A program made the position numbers and the translations under genes. This document shows positions 53,766-63,844 of a stretch of DNA of 64,000 bases, piece after piece. The DNA is from Myxococcales bacterium (lineage in GTDB: Bacteria > Myxococcota_A > UBA9042). Position 1 is the stretch's first letter; each line of letters begins with the position of its first letter. Where the stretch lies: the NCBI GenBank assembly GCA_009692425.1, contig SHZF01000017.1, positions 5,714 through 69,713 of the forward strand, read 5' to 3'. The notes beneath the pieces are model-generated. The model was not told the DNA's origin. It did not search any database and saw only the letters and a program-made list of their open reading frames with translations.

Positions 53766-54629
53766 CCTACCACACCGCACCTGACGCTGCTTGGGGCGAC
53801 CGGGCGCTTGGGGCGCGCGCTGCAACGCACCACGACGCAAGCGTGCGTCGGGCTGAGCCGCCGTGTGCCGCTGGCCGCGGGCTTGCACCGACACGTGCGT
53901 GGCGACTGTTGCGACCCGGTTGCGCTGGCCGCCGCGCTGCACGGGGCCGGCGCGGTCGTCCACCTGTGCGCTTTTGACGCGGCGGCCGCCGAGTCAGCCA
54001 ACGCTGCCGCGCACGCCCTGGGGCTGGCAGGCGTGCCGCTCGTGTTTGCCTCTGCGCTGGCCGAGCGTGGCCAGGCAGCTTGGCAGGAACCGGAGGACGC
54101 CGACCTCGCCGCGGACCCTGGGGACGCCTACGGTTGCGGCAAGCACGCGGCACGGGTGGCGTTCGAGCGTGGCTGGCCGGGTCCCGTGCTCAGCGTGCGC
54201 CTGCCGCAGTTGGCCGCTTGGGACGACCCAACGTGCCGCGAGAGCACCTACATCGACAGCGTGCGCGCCACCGGCACAGCCTGGCTGCCCGGCTCCGGCG
54301 AACAGCGACCGGCCGTCGTGCCGACCGACACCGCGGCGGCCTTGATGCTGGCGTGGCTCGCGGCACACCCCCAGGAGTCGGCGCGCGTCGCCGCAGCGCA
54401 TCCCGCGCCCCGGCCCCTGCGCGTGCTGGTCGAAGCCCTGCTGGTGGGCGCCGGCTTGCCGCCGCACACGGCGCCGCATCCGGACTGCCAGTGGCGTGGC
54501 CCTCACAGCAGCAGCGACGAGGCTGTCGCGAGCGGCGCGGCGCTGCGGTGGTTGCCCGCGCCGCAGTGGCCCGACCTCGTCGTCTGGCATCGCGGGCTCG
54601 GCGAACGCCTGGTTGCGCCTGGGCGGTGA
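53766..54629 (+). CDS. NAD(P)-binding epimerase/dehydratase-like protein
   Basis: LTLLGATGRLGRAL is a Rossmann GxxGxxG. 287 aa. Divergent from the radical SAM gene, with a 54-nt intergenic region. Confidence 0.5.
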   Translation, partial: PTTPHLTLLGATGRLGRALQRTTTQACVGLSRRVPLAAGLHRHVRGDCCDPVALAAALHGAGAVVHLCAFDAAAAESANAAAHALGLAGVPLVFASALAERGQAAWQEPEDADLAADPGDAYGCGKHAARVAFERGWPGPVLSVRLPQLAAWDDPTCRESTYIDSVRATGTAWLPGSGEQRPAVVPTDTAAALMLAWLAAHPQESARVAAAHPAPRPLRVLVEALLVGAGLPPHTAPHPDCQWRGPHSSSDEAVASGAALRWLPAPQWPDLVVWHRGLGERLVAPGR

Positions 54630-54671
54630 CGGTGGCTGCCCCGACCGCAGTCCTGCGTCGGGTCCGCTCGC

Positions 54672-55970
54672 TCATGCCGGTCCTCCCCGCACGGGTGTCT
54701 CGCGCATGTCGTGGTCGGTCAGCAGCACGGACGCGACCATGCGCAGTACGGTCGTGACCTGGGGCGAACAGCCGATGAACTGCAGGCGCTCGAATGCCGT
54801 CAACCCGTACGCCTGGACCGCAGGGTACAGCAGCGCGTACGCAAACGCCTGCGTGGCGACCTTCGTCGTGTCCCACGTCAGGGCCACGGGGCCGCGCGCC
54901 AGCAGGAGCGTCACGTCCTCGCGCCCCACCCGCAACGCCCGCTCCCGGTCATAGGCCATCACGCCCGTGTCTGGCGCGATCGCGAGAATGGTGCGCGCAG
55001 CGTCCGCAGCACCCAGGCGGCGAAAAAACTGCAGCGAGCGGTGGTGAGGGCCCCGGCCCTCGATCTCATCGCGTAGGCGCCGCAGCACTTCGCCCACGGC
55101 GGGCATGGCGTCGAGTTGCAGCGTGACCGCCACCGCCGTGCCTTGCCAGTCGCCTTCGACAGTTTCGACCCGTGGCGCAAACGTCTCCGGCTGGTCGGTC
55201 GACGACAGCACGCGGACGCGGCGCGTCAGCAGCCAGAACCTCCCGTGACCGGCCAACGACAACTGGCGCACCACATGGAGCCCGACGCCCATGTTGCGCC
55301 CGGGGTCCTCGCTGCCCGACACACGCGGCTCCAGTGCGACGGTCACGGCGGCGGCGTCGTCCAGTTCGCTGCCACCCACGAAGCTGGCGCGAATGTCGGC
55401 GGCAATGCCTTGGCCGCAGTCTGCCACGCCAATCCGCACGAGGCGTTGGCGCGCGTCGATGCTCGCCGCCCAGTGCGCGCCGTGGGGAGTCTTCGCGTGG
55501 TGAAACACGTTGCGAATCAAGTCCTCGACACACTGGATCATGGCCTGTGCGGTGTTTTCGTCGCTGCCCGTCAGCCGCTCGACCGCCGCGCCGATCGTGC
55601 CGAACTCCGCCTCGGAATGAACGACTTGCGCTGGCACGACGGGGCGGCCCGGCACCGCGGTGGCGACGTGTCCGGCCAGCCGCGACAGGACACCGGCCGC
55701 GTACCCGTGGGGCGTGCGCACGTTGGCCGCAACAGCGAACTGGATGCCCGCGGCCGCGCGATGGGCCGCCCATGCGCTGATCATGGCGGCGCCGACCGGT
55801 TCGACAAAGCGCAGGCCACCTTCCGCAGCATCGACGACGCGCGGAGAGACGACGGGCGGCTCCCAACGCCATGTCGATGCGCCGGCCGACTCCAGCCACG
55901 ACAGCCCTAGAGTTCCGGGCAGGTGCAAGGGATTGTCCATGGTAGGCATGGCGCGCTCCATGACAGGCAT
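54672..55970 (-). CDS. hypothetical protein with histidine-kinase-like ATPase (GHKL) features
   Basis: IGVADCGQGI and GRNMGVGLHVVRQL resemble G1/G2 boxes of GHKL ATPases or anti-sigma-factor kinases. This assignment is weak. Confidence 0.45.
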   Translation of the reverse strand: MPVMERAMPTMDNPLHLPGTLGLSWLESAGASTWRWEPPVVSPRVVDAAEGGLRFVEPVGAAMISAWAAHRAAAGIQFAVAANVRTPHGYAAGVLSRLAGHVATAVPGRPVVPAQVVHSEAEFGTIGAAVERLTGSDENTAQAMIQCVEDLIRNVFHHAKTPHGAHWAASIDARQRLVRIGVADCGQGIAADIRASFVGGSELDDAAAVTVALEPRVSGSEDPGRNMGVGLHVVRQLSLAGHGRFWLLTRRVRVLSSTDQPETFAPRVETVEGDWQGTAVAVTLQLDAMPAVGEVLRRLRDEIEGRGPHHRSLQFFRRLGAADAARTILAIAPDTGVMAYDRERALRVGREDVTLLLARGPVALTWDTTKVATQAFAYALLYPAVQAYGLTAFERLQFIGCSPQVTTVLRMVASVLLTDHDMRETPVRGGPA

Positions 55971-56261
55971 CGCGCGCGGCGACCTTGACGGTTCAGCGGC
56001 TGCACCTTATTCTCTGCACACCGGTGGGTGCTTGTCCACGCGGTACGCGATGGTAGCTTTTGGACACCGCCGCCTGAGTTCGTCAGCGGCCGTGACGGCA
56101 GCCAGCGTCGCAGCGTACCAGCTGCAGTGTTTTCGCAAACGGCGAGTCGTGCCCTGTGTACGCTCGCCGTTTGTGTTTTTCCAGGTCGCCATGCGGGCCA
56201 GGCCAGACGCCCCTTCCCGCACGGCAGCCGGCATGGACACGGCTACGCACGGGGAGGGTTC

Positions 56262-57113
56262 ATGACGGCCGACGACTTCGGGTCGCGCTTGCAGGCCGTC
56301 ATCGCTGAGTCCGATGGCCGACCGATGCTGCTGGCGTACCTGGGTGCCCGGTTGCGCGCACGGGACCCAGACCTCGACTACCGAGCGCTCGGCGTTCGAA
56401 CCCTGCGCGAGGCGATGGCCCGCTGCACGAGCCTCGGCACGTTGGAACGAGATCCGTCGGGCAGCGATTGGATTTTCGTGCCAACGCCCACCACACGGGC
56501 CCCCGCACAGCAGAGCGCGCCGGAGTTCGTCGCCGAGCCGTGGTTCCAGCATGTGTCGCAATACGACCCCGCACATCAGTGCTGGTTCGACCTCGCCTCC
56601 GCAGAACTGCAGGCAGACGCGACCACGGTCGCGCTCGAACCGGAGCGCTACGTGGAAGTCCCGCGCGCCGACATCGAGGTCCAGCGGCAGTGGGCTCATC
56701 GGTGGAGTGCTTCTCTGGCGGATGCCGTGGCGGCTCCGCTGTGCGCCGGCCTCGAGGCGTCCGCCGGCATGGGCGCTTTCAACGCGGCCGTCGTCGCGCA
56801 CGGGTTGGGCACCAGTTGGGCCGGCCACCGGCGCGGTCGGATTACGGAACTCATCAGAAGCTGGGCGAAACAGCACGCGATCGATGCCACGCCCATACTG
56901 AGCCGCGGCCTGCCCGGCGGGTCGCGCCGCCCACCCCGTGCGATCGTGCCGCGCGCCGCCATCGACAAGTTGGACACGCCCACCGCAGCGGCAGACGCAT
57001 CGGCGTTGCGCGCGTTCCTGCACGCGATGGTCGATGGGCTCGCCGACGCGGAGTTGTGCGAGTTTCCGATTCCGCTCCGATTCGCACTGCGCAGCCCGCA
57101 AAACGAACGCTAG
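56262..57113 (+). CDS. hypothetical protein
   Basis: GGGGAGGG RBS upstream of ATG 56262. Coherent 283-aa ORF with no motif. The overlapping 381-aa minus-strand ORF is R/G-rich noise. Confidence 0.45.
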   Translation: MTADDFGSRLQAVIAESDGRPMLLAYLGARLRARDPDLDYRALGVRTLREAMARCTSLGTLERDPSGSDWIFVPTPTTRAPAQQSAPEFVAEPWFQHVSQYDPAHQCWFDLASAELQADATTVALEPERYVEVPRADIEVQRQWAHRWSASLADAVAAPLCAGLEASAGMGAFNAAVVAHGLGTSWAGHRRGRITELIRSWAKQHAIDATPILSRGLPGGSRRPPRAIVPRAAIDKLDTPTAAADASALRAFLHAMVDGLADAELCEFPIPLRFALRSPQNER

Positions 57114-57195
57114 CCTGCCGGCCGCGGCGTCACCGGGACTGCGAGCGTTCAACGACCCGGGGAGGCCCTCGGCTGGTGGATTCGGGCCGCGCAGG

Positions 57196-58179
57196 TCACG
57201 ACGGTGGCTCCAGCAGGACGTCGAGCCGCCGCGGCGCCAGGCGGTACGTCGTTTGGCAGTAGTCGCATGTCATCTCCAGCAGTTCCTTCGACGCCGCCAG
57301 TTCCTCGATGTCGCCTTGCGGCAGCGCGCCCACCATCGCGAGGATGCGGTCCTCCGAACAGCGGCACTGGAACGTCACGGGCGTCCGCGCCACCTGGTCC
57401 CACGGCAGCCCGCGCAGCAGCGCTTCGGCCCAGGCGCGCGCATCCGGGTCGGCCTCGCTCATGCCGTCGCGCAGCGGTGCCAGGCCTTCGAGGTTGTGCG
57501 TCAGGGCTCGCAGGTGCTCGCGCCGGCCGTCGGGCATCAACTGGACGAGGTAGCCGGCCGCCGCGATGACCCCGCGCGCATCGGCCTGCACATCGACATC
57601 GAGCAGGCTCAGGATCTGCTCGCTTTCGAGCAGGTAGCGCATCATGTCGTGGGCCACGCGCTCGCCCTGCAGTTCGACCGTGCTGCGCCACACCCGCCCG
57701 CTGGCGTCGTGGCTGCGCGTCACCTGCAGCGTGCCCTCGCCCAGCAGGAAGCCGTAATCGGAACGCAACGCAGTCGGCCGTTGCACGTAGGCGCGCAGCC
57801 CGCCGTTCTCCCAGCCATCGACGATGATCTGGCCCACCGGACCCTTGTGCGTCACCAGCATCTGGATGCGCTCGTCGGGATGCAGCGTCTGCCGCACCAG
57901 CGCCGTGGCCACCGCGATCTCGCCAACCAGGCACGCGACGTCGGGCGAACACTCCAAGCGCAGCGTGGCCTCGCGCACCGTCGCGGTCGCACGCGCCAGC
58001 AGCAGTCGCGCCTCGCCGCCGCGGGTGAGGCCACGCCAGAGCATGTCGTCGTGCAGCGCGGGTGCCGGCTCCAGCCACTGCGTCGGGCCTGTCGCGCGCT
58101 CAGCCACCAGCCGCTTGTAGCGTTCGACGGCTGTCTCGGTCGCCGCCGCCGCGACCGGTGCCTCGCGGTCCGTGCTCAT
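57196..58179 (-). CDS. hslO: redox-regulated chaperone Hsp33
   Basis: C-terminal zinc centre FQCRCSEDR...CDYCQTTY (CxC...CxxC). The N-terminal domain is conserved. Start at MSTDREAP. Confidence 0.85.
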   Translation of the reverse strand: MSTDREAPVAAAATETAVERYKRLVAERATGPTQWLEPAPALHDDMLWRGLTRGGEARLLLARATATVREATLRLECSPDVACLVGEIAVATALVRQTLHPDERIQMLVTHKGPVGQIIVDGWENGGLRAYVQRPTALRSDYGFLLGEGTLQVTRSHDASGRVWRSTVELQGERVAHDMMRYLLESEQILSLLDVDVQADARGVIAAAGYLVQLMPDGRREHLRALTHNLEGLAPLRDGMSEADPDARAWAEALLRGLPWDQVARTPVTFQCRCSEDRILAMVGALPQGDIEELAASKELLEMTCDYCQTTYRLAPRRLDVLLEPPS

Positions 58180-58198
58180 CGGAATCCACCCGCCCGGC

Positions 58199-60121
58199 TC
58201 ACCGGAATTCGCCGTCCGTCGTGACGCGCAACACCTCGCCAAACGTCGTCAGCCCGAGCGCCATCTTCTTGATGGCCGCCTCGCGCAGGGTGAGCATGCC
58301 GCCTGCCACCGCCTCGCGCTGCAGTTCGTCCGTGGGTCGCCGATCGACGATGAGCCGGCGCACCTTGTCGGTCACCGCCATCACCTCGAACACGCCCGTG
58401 CGCCCCTTGAGCCCGGTGTCGCGGCACAGCGCACAGCCCGCACCCGCGTGGACGGGGAAGCGCTCGCCAGGCCGCCGATCCAGCCCCAGCACCCGCATCT
58501 GGTCGGGGTTCAACTCGGTCTCGAAGCGGCAGGCCATGCAGACCGTACGCAGCAGTCGCTGCGCCACCACGCCGACCAGCGTGCTGCCGACGAGGAACGG
58601 CTCGATGCCCAGATCGAAAAGTCGCGCAATCGTCGAAGGCGCGTCGTTCGTGTGCACGGTGGACAGCACCAGGTGGCCGGTCATCGCGGCCTGGATCGCG
58701 TTCTGGGCGGTCTCCTGGTCGCGGATTTCGCCCACCATCACCACGTCGGGGTCCTGGCGCAGGATGTGGCGCAGGGCGTCGGCAAACGTCAGCCCGATGC
58801 GCGGGTTGACTGCGGTCTGGTTGAACGCCTCGACCACCATCTCGATCGGGTCCTCGATCGTCGTGATGTTCAGCGTCGGCTGGGCGATCGCGCGCAGGGC
58901 CGAATACAGCGTCGTCGTCTTGCCCGAACCGGTCGGCCCGCACACCAGCACGAGCCCATGGGGCCGCGCCACGAACCTGCGAAACTGCTCATACTCGTTT
59001 GGGAACATTCCAATCGAGGCGATGTCTTGCAACAGCACCTGCGGGTCGAAGATGCGCATCACCACTTTTTCGCCAAACGCCGTGGGCAGCGTCGAGATGC
59101 GCAGTTCGACTTCGATGTCCTTGTGTTGGATCTTGATGCGGCCATCTTGCGGTCGCCGCTTCTCGGCGATGTCGAGCCGAGCCAAAGTCTTGATTCTACT
59201 GGTAATCGCGTGGTGCACGATCTTCGGCAGCTCGTGCACCGTGTGCAGGACGCCGTCGATGCGCAAACGCACCAGCGACTTGTCGCGCTTGGGCTCCACG
59301 TGGATGTCCGACGCTGCCTGTTCGAGCGCGTAGCCCAACAGGAAATCGACCGCGCGCACCACGTTCTTGTCGTCGCCATCGACCGCTTCGCCGGCCTGAC
59401 CGAGCCGCACCAGCTGTTCGAGGTTGCCGATGTCGTGCAGGCCCTCGCCGAGGTCCGCCGCCGCACCGCGAATGGTGGCGCGAAAGTGAAAGATCTCAAA
59501 AATCTGGCGCAGGATGTCCTGGCGCACCGCGACGACCAGTTCCACGGGCAATTCGGTGCGCGCCTGTAGGTTGACGGCGACTTCCTTGGCGAACGGGTCA
59601 TCGACGGCGACCACCAGCTTGCCGCCTTCCTTGGCCATCGGCAGCACGGAGTTGCGGCGGGCAAACGCATGGCTCACCGAACCGACCACGAGGCGGGCGT
59701 CGATCTTCAGCGCGTCGACCCGCACGTAGCGCAGCCCGGTCGCCTGGGCGAGCGCCTGCTGGATGCGCTCTTCGCTCAGGGTGGTCCCCTGCGGCGTCTG
59801 CAGCGCAAACGAAGCCACGAGTTCGGCGGGCATCACTACGGCGGCCTCTTCGCCCGCTTCGAGCGTCCGGTTGCGCTCGATGAGGCGCCGGCGCCTTTCG
59901 GCATGAATGCGCACCTCATGGGCCTGCGCTGCGCTCAACAGTCCCGAGCCGTGCAGGACTTCGAGCAACAGGTCGAGCGACAGCGGCCCCGCGTGCCCGC
60001 GCGCATCGACCCCGGCGGGCGCGCCATCCTGGACGAGCACCGGCAACGGACGCGAAGGCCGCCCGGTGGGCAGCAGTGCTGCGCCCGACTCGACCCCACC
60101 CGGTGGTCCATTCTTGGTCAT
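58199..60121 (-). CDS. GspE/PilB-family secretion ATPase (type II secretion / type IV pilus)
   Basis: Walker A LVCGPTGSGKTTTL, Asp box, Walker B DPDVVMVGEIRD, His box LVLSTVHTN and tetracysteine motif CMACRF...CALCRDTG. An N-terminal GSPII_E_N-like domain is also present. Confidence 0.85.
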   Translation of the reverse strand: MTKNGPPGGVESGAALLPTGRPSRPLPVLVQDGAPAGVDARGHAGPLSLDLLLEVLHGSGLLSAAQAHEVRIHAERRRRLIERNRTLEAGEEAAVVMPAELVASFALQTPQGTTLSEERIQQALAQATGLRYVRVDALKIDARLVVGSVSHAFARRNSVLPMAKEGGKLVVAVDDPFAKEVAVNLQARTELPVELVVAVRQDILRQIFEIFHFRATIRGAAADLGEGLHDIGNLEQLVRLGQAGEAVDGDDKNVVRAVDFLLGYALEQAASDIHVEPKRDKSLVRLRIDGVLHTVHELPKIVHHAITSRIKTLARLDIAEKRRPQDGRIKIQHKDIEVELRISTLPTAFGEKVVMRIFDPQVLLQDIASIGMFPNEYEQFRRFVARPHGLVLVCGPTGSGKTTTLYSALRAIAQPTLNITTIEDPIEMVVEAFNQTAVNPRIGLTFADALRHILRQDPDVVMVGEIRDQETAQNAIQAAMTGHLVLSTVHTNDAPSTIARLFDLGIEPFLVGSTLVGVVAQRLLRTVCMACRFETELNPDQMRVLGLDRRPGERFPVHAGAGCALCRDTGLKGRTGVFEVMAVTDKVRRLIVDRRPTDELQREAVAGGMLTLREAAIKKMALGLTTFGEVLRVTTDGEFR

Positions 60122-60134
60122 GGAGGAACTCGCG

Positions 60135-61121
60135 CTATGCGAAAGCGTCTTCGTCCCGGTCGCCCGGGCCTGCCCTGTGTGGGGCGAGGAAGTCGTGCAG
60201 GGCGCGGTCGAGCAGGAAGCGGGGCTGCGCGTGCTGCAAGGCGTGCAGGGCGGACGGCAGTGCGCCCGGATAGCGCTCGTCCATCTCCTTGAGCAACTGC
60301 CCCATCTGCGCGCGCTTGAGGTCCGGCTGGCGCGAGCACAGGTTGCACGGAATGAGCGGATACTCCTGCAGTTCAGCCCACTTCACCAACCACGCCTCGG
60401 GTACGTAGGCGAGCGGCCGAATCACGGTGTTCACGCCGTCGTCGGCACGCAGCACCGCCGGCATCGCCTTCAACTGGCCGCAAAAGAACAGGTTGAGCAG
60501 CAGCGTCGTGATGATGTCGTCGCGGTGGTGGCCGAGCGCGACCTTGGTGCACCCCAGCCTCTTCGCGGTGTCGTACAGGATGCCGCGCCGCAGCCGCGAG
60601 CACAGCGAGCACGTCGTCTTGCCCGGTTCGAGCTTGTCGAGGACGATCTGGTACGTGTGCTGGTGGATGATCTCGTAGGGGATTCCCGTCGATTTCAGGT
60701 GGCCCTCGAGCCGGTCGAGCGGGAAGCCGGGGTGGCCCTGATCGAGGTGGACGGCGACGATCGTGAAGTCGATCGGGGCCTTGCGGCGGGTGTATTCCAA
60801 GAAGTGGAGCAGGCCGTACGAGTCCTTGCCGCCCGACATGCACACCATGACCTTGTCGCCATCGGCCAGCATGCCGAAGTCCTTGCTGGCATCGGCGACG
60901 AGGTGGGCGAGGCGGCGCTCGAGCGTGTACGCATCGGCAGGCACGGCGCCGCGGGCGGGCACTTTGATGTCGACGAGGCTGTCGGCGAGCAGCGCACGCG
61001 GCAGCGCGGCGGGCCGGACGACGTGCGGCGCGCTGTGATCCGGTGCGGGCGAATCGACCGCTGGCACCGCAAGACGATCCGAGGCAGTGCGCAGGCTGCG
61101 CGGCAGGGCGACGACGGACAA
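60135..61121 (-). CDS. ttcA: tRNA 2-thiocytidine(32) synthetase TtcA
   Basis: PP-loop CMSGGKDS, plus CSLCSRLRRG and CNLCSRQ Fe-S ligand motifs. Confidence 0.85.
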   Translation of the reverse strand: MSVVALPRSLRTASDRLAVPAVDSPAPDHSAPHVVRPAALPRALLADSLVDIKVPARGAVPADAYTLERRLAHLVADASKDFGMLADGDKVMVCMSGGKDSYGLLHFLEYTRRKAPIDFTIVAVHLDQGHPGFPLDRLEGHLKSTGIPYEIIHQHTYQIVLDKLEPGKTTCSLCSRLRRGILYDTAKRLGCTKVALGHHRDDIITTLLLNLFFCGQLKAMPAVLRADDGVNTVIRPLAYVPEAWLVKWAELQEYPLIPCNLCSRQPDLKRAQMGQLLKEMDERYPGALPSALHALQHAQPRFLLDRALHDFLAPHRAGPGDRDEDAFA

Positions 61122-61226
61122 GGGCAGCTTCCCACCTTCGGCACCAAGCCGCCGGTCGCGCGAGTCTATCGCAATCCTGTGGACAGGGCGATCGCGACCA
61201 GTACCTTCGTGCAGTACCTTCGGGTA

Positions 61227-61673
61227 CTAGTCTTTCTTCTTCTTCTTCTCGGCCTTGCCCTCGTGGGCCTCGGCTGCCGCAGCGTCGCCCTCCGCGGCGG
61301 GCGCGGCATCGGCAGCCCCAGAATCGGCAGCCCCAGAATCGGCAGCCGCTGTAACGGGAGCCGCTGTAACGGGGGCCGCTTCGACGGGAGCCTCTGCTTT
61401 GGCGGGCTTCTTAGATTCGGGCGCCGCAGCGGGCCCTGCGGCGGAAACGGCACCAGATACGGCAATGCGCTCGAGGATCGACTTCTGCTTGTACGCGGGC
61501 ACCAGGCTCTCGACGGCCTGGGCGATGCGCTGCGCCGCGCCGGAGTCGTAGGCGTCGGACTTCTTGACGCCGGCCTTGTCGAGCACCTCGCCGGCCACGG
61601 CGCGGGCGGTCAGGTAGTCGAACTTGGCTTCAAGCGCGCTGATGAGCGTGTCATGCGAAAGCTGGGTGGCCAT
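61227..61673 (-). CDS. hypothetical protein with Ala/Pro-rich repeat tail ending KAEKKKKKD
   Basis: Start MATQLSHDTLISALEAKF. The C-terminal tail contains two 15-bp tandem duplications (APVTA x2, DSGAA x2) and a lysine-rich end. Confidence 0.5.
   Translation of the reverse strand: MATQLSHDTLISALEAKFDYLTARAVAGEVLDKAGVKKSDAYDSGAAQRIAQAVESLVPAYKQKSILERIAVSGAVSAAGPAAAPESKKPAKAEAPVEAAPVTAAPVTAAADSGAADSGAADAAPAAEGDAAAAEAHEGKAEKKKKKD
61321..61384 (-). repeat. two adjacent 15-bp tandem duplications
   Basis: ggcagccccagaatc x2 (61321-61350) then gccgctgtaacggg x2 (61355-61384). Confidence 0.7.
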
Positions 61674-61912
61674 TCTCGGTTCCTCCAAGGCGCGCCTACA
61701 GCGCATGGAATCTGGTGCGGCGTGCGGACTGCGGGCGGTTGCCCGTGCGGGCTGCCGACTGTGGTGCCAAGCCTAGCCCGGGTCGCCAGCGGCGGCAAGA
61801 TCGGGGCTGCGGGCCCAGCCGAGCGCGCCAGATCGCCGTTGCGAGTGTGCCGGCTTGCGGTATGCTGTACAGCCCACGTCCTCGACGTGGTGAAAGGTGC
61901 CCGGGATCGCTG

Positions 61913-63778
61913 ATGGAAAACCGCTCGCCACCCGCGCCCGCCCTGATCGCCCGCCTGCGCAGCGCAGGGCCTGCGCTGGCCGTGCTGCTCACGTTCGGCG
62001 TCCAAGCGTGCAGCGACACGGTCGTTCACGGCATGCTGATCGTCACCGACGCCAAGGGCGACACCTCGAAAAAGCTGTTCGGGGACACGACCAAGCCGAC
62101 GACCACCGGCTCCGACGGCAGCGTTTCAGTCACGTCGGACGCAGAAGACCAGGCCCCGCTGCAGCGCGAGATCATCGTGCTGCTCAACACCGACGCGCCG
62201 CAAGTCATGGGGCCCACCGCATTCCTGCCGATTCAGGCCAAGGTGGTCGATTACGCGCTCGGTGCGCCGGCCGACGGTGTCGCCGTATTCTGGAAGCTGG
62301 TCGCCAACCAGGGCTTCGACGGTCCCGGCCCGGGGTCGCTCGACGCCGAAATGACGCCGACCGATCTCAAGGGGCTCATCGGCAATGTGTTCCGCGCCAA
62401 CAAGGGCCCGGCCGTCAACTACAAGGTCGAGCTGTCGTGCGAAGGAGCAGAGTCCGTCACGGTCGACATCACAGTGACCGACACGCCCAAGGGCCACCTG
62501 CGCGTGCACATGACCTACGACAACCAGGTGCCGCTCGGCCAGGTCGCCGTGCGCGTGATGCCGGCGCCGTTCACGTGCGCGTCGTTCAAGCCGACCCAGC
62601 CGGCGCAGAACTTCCTCGCGTCCAAGACGACGGTGATCGAAGACACGCCCGAGTTCCAGAACCTGCCCGGCGAGAAGAAGTACGGCGTCTACGTGATCGG
62701 CAAGGACCCCGACGGCCACCTGACGGCCGCCGGCTGTGCGGACGCGATCCTGATCGTCGACAAGCAGACCACCGACGTCACGGTGTCGGTCTTTGCGCTC
62801 GCCCTGTTCGCGCCCGGCCCGTACGACATGGTGAACCACTTCGACTTCACCGGCGCGATCCCCGGCCAGCTCGGCAAGGTGCTCGACACGGCCGTGCAAA
62901 TCTTCTATGATCCCGGGGCCTTCATCATCAGCCAGATCAAGAACCTGATCAAGCAGTTGCTGCCGTCGATCATCGTGGACGCCGTCTTCGGCCTGTTCGA
63001 GAACCAACTCGCCAAGGTCGTCACCGACTGGCTGCTGACGAAAAGCCCGCCCTGGTTGCAGGACTTCTTCCAGATGGGCCAGGACGTGCTGCAGATCGTC
63101 AAGAACCTTGAAATGTTGGGGGTGTTGACCTTGTTCAAGGTGTCGAACGACTTCTTCGTCAAGGGCGAGATCTCGTTTACCGGTGTGAACCTGTACTGGA
63201 AGCTCGGCTGCGACAAAAAAGACCCCAATTACAAGACCTGCGGCAAGATTCCGCTCGACATGAAGGCGGCAGTCAACGACCCGAACTTCCCGTTCAACCT
63301 GCTCGCCGGCACGCTGACGGGCACGATCAGCCAGCAGAAGAAGCTCGCGATCGACTCGGGCACGATCAAGCTGAACTACGGCAAGCTGATCCTGTACGTG
63401 CTGATGTTCGTGGTGCTCAAGAAGATTACGGGCGAGACGAGCTTTACTGGTGCCATGCAGAAGCTGATCGGCTGCGAGGGCATCGCCAAGGGCATCGGCG
63501 GGTCGATCCTCGGCAAGCTCGGCCTGAGCGAGAACACCGTGAAGAATGCCTGCAATTCGGCGGTCGCGCTGATCGTGCTGCCGATCGAGCAGTTGCTGGG
63601 TGGCCTCGCGCTCGATTCGAAGCTGAGCCTGAACGGCACATGCACGATGGTCGACGAGAACGACGACCTCAAGGTCGACATGCTGATCGACGGCGTGTGG
63701 GTGGGCAACATCGTGGCCGACACGCCGGGCAAGCCGTTCAAGGGCGACTTCACGGCGGTGCGGCAGGCTGGCTTCTAG
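61913..63778 (+). CDS. hypothetical lipoprotein (621 aa)
   Basis: MENRSPPAPALIARLRSAGPALAVLLTFGVQAC is a lipoprotein signal. There is no known domain. Confidence 0.55.
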   Translation: MENRSPPAPALIARLRSAGPALAVLLTFGVQACSDTVVHGMLIVTDAKGDTSKKLFGDTTKPTTTGSDGSVSVTSDAEDQAPLQREIIVLLNTDAPQVMGPTAFLPIQAKVVDYALGAPADGVAVFWKLVANQGFDGPGPGSLDAEMTPTDLKGLIGNVFRANKGPAVNYKVELSCEGAESVTVDITVTDTPKGHLRVHMTYDNQVPLGQVAVRVMPAPFTCASFKPTQPAQNFLASKTTVIEDTPEFQNLPGEKKYGVYVIGKDPDGHLTAAGCADAILIVDKQTTDVTVSVFALALFAPGPYDMVNHFDFTGAIPGQLGKVLDTAVQIFYDPGAFIISQIKNLIKQLLPSIIVDAVFGLFENQLAKVVTDWLLTKSPPWLQDFFQMGQDVLQIVKNLEMLGVLTLFKVSNDFFVKGEISFTGVNLYWKLGCDKKDPNYKTCGKIPLDMKAAVNDPNFPFNLLAGTLTGTISQQKKLAIDSGTIKLNYGKLILYVLMFVVLKKITGETSFTGAMQKLIGCEGIAKGIGGSILGKLGLSENTVKNACNSAVALIVLPIEQLLGGLALDSKLSLNGTCTMVDENDDLKVDMLIDGVWVGNIVADTPGKPFKGDFTAVRQAGF

Positions 63779-63844
63779 CCGCCGCGCGTTTCCCTTCGGC
63801 GCAGCAACGCCCTACCATCGCGCCCCCTTTCGCTGTGCGGTCCC

